Below, one piece after another: positions 63,377 to 64,000 of a stretch of DNA of 64,000 nt (the stretch's first letter is position 1; the number at the start of each line of letters is the position of its first letter). Made by a program: the position numbers and the translations under genes. Source of the DNA: Octopus sinensis (taxonomy: Eukaryota); the NCBI RefSeq assembly GCF_006345805.1, contig NC_042997.1:172484001-172548000 (forward strand), written 5' to 3'. The notes beneath the pieces were generated by a model. The model had not been told where the DNA came from. It did no database searches and was given only the letters and a program-made list of their open reading frames with translations.

Positions 63377-64000
63377 TATGTGTGTGCACGTGCATACAAC
63401 AAAACCTCCTGAAACTAGAAACCCTTTGTTAAGTATTACCCCAAAGAAGGACAATTATTCTATTAAAGTATGGCGTAATGGAAACAACAAAACCATCATA
63501 ATCCAAGAAATCAAGAACCCTTTCACAAGTTCAACCCTATGAGAATGCAGGACGACTTAGAATTGTAAGACCATACAAATGATAGTAGTAGTTGTCTCCT
63601 CCTCCTAAATACCTCCTTCTGTACAGATATGAAAATTGTTATTTTTGTTATTCATTGGCAGAATCAGTAAAGTGTCAGATAAACTACCTTGTAGTATTTA
63701 GCTACATCCTTCGATGTTCTGAATTTGAATCCTAATCACAATCAACTTTTGTCTTTTATCCTTCTGGGTCATTATTTTATTGAGTATCAGAGTTAGTGTA
63801 TTAACTACACCCTCCTTTGAGAATTGTCTGGCCCTGTGCCTAAGTTAGAAATTGTTATTGTTGTTGTCATCATCATCACCATCATCAGTATCATCATCAT
63901 TAATTGTTCATTATCTCGGCTGTTATTGTTGCAAGGAATTTATTGTGAATAATAGTGAATTAGGCAAGATTAATTCAGGGATGTCTAGTTAGGTACCACA

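Overview
AT-rich, gene-poor eukaryotic DNA dominated by transposon debris and (TA)n/(CA)n/(TACA)n/(TTA)n microsatellites. The SINE and MITE repertoire looks like a coleoid cephalopod, most likely Octopus (inferred from repeat content, not from a search). Almost all ORFs in the supplied track are microsatellite or SINE artefacts. Supported content: at least five SINE/retroposon families; decayed LINE fragments of the RTE, CR1 and R4/Dong-type clades; three decayed mariner transposases; a Merlin-like remnant; piggyBac-type, hAT-type and Tc1/mariner-type MITEs; non-autonomous Helitrons; and Penelope-like pieces. A chain of short, phase-compatible candidate exons on the + strand suggests the window is mostly intron of one unidentified protein-coding gene. 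The most unusual object is a 385-bp fold-back insertion (45141-45525) with a 15-bp target duplication. Each of its arms carries a Penelope-type hammerhead-ribozyme-like core, and a Pol III B-box-like remnant sits at its centre. I found no rRNA, tRNA gene, CRISPR array or prokaryotic operon. Coordinates of decayed elements are approximate; family labels A-F are my own.
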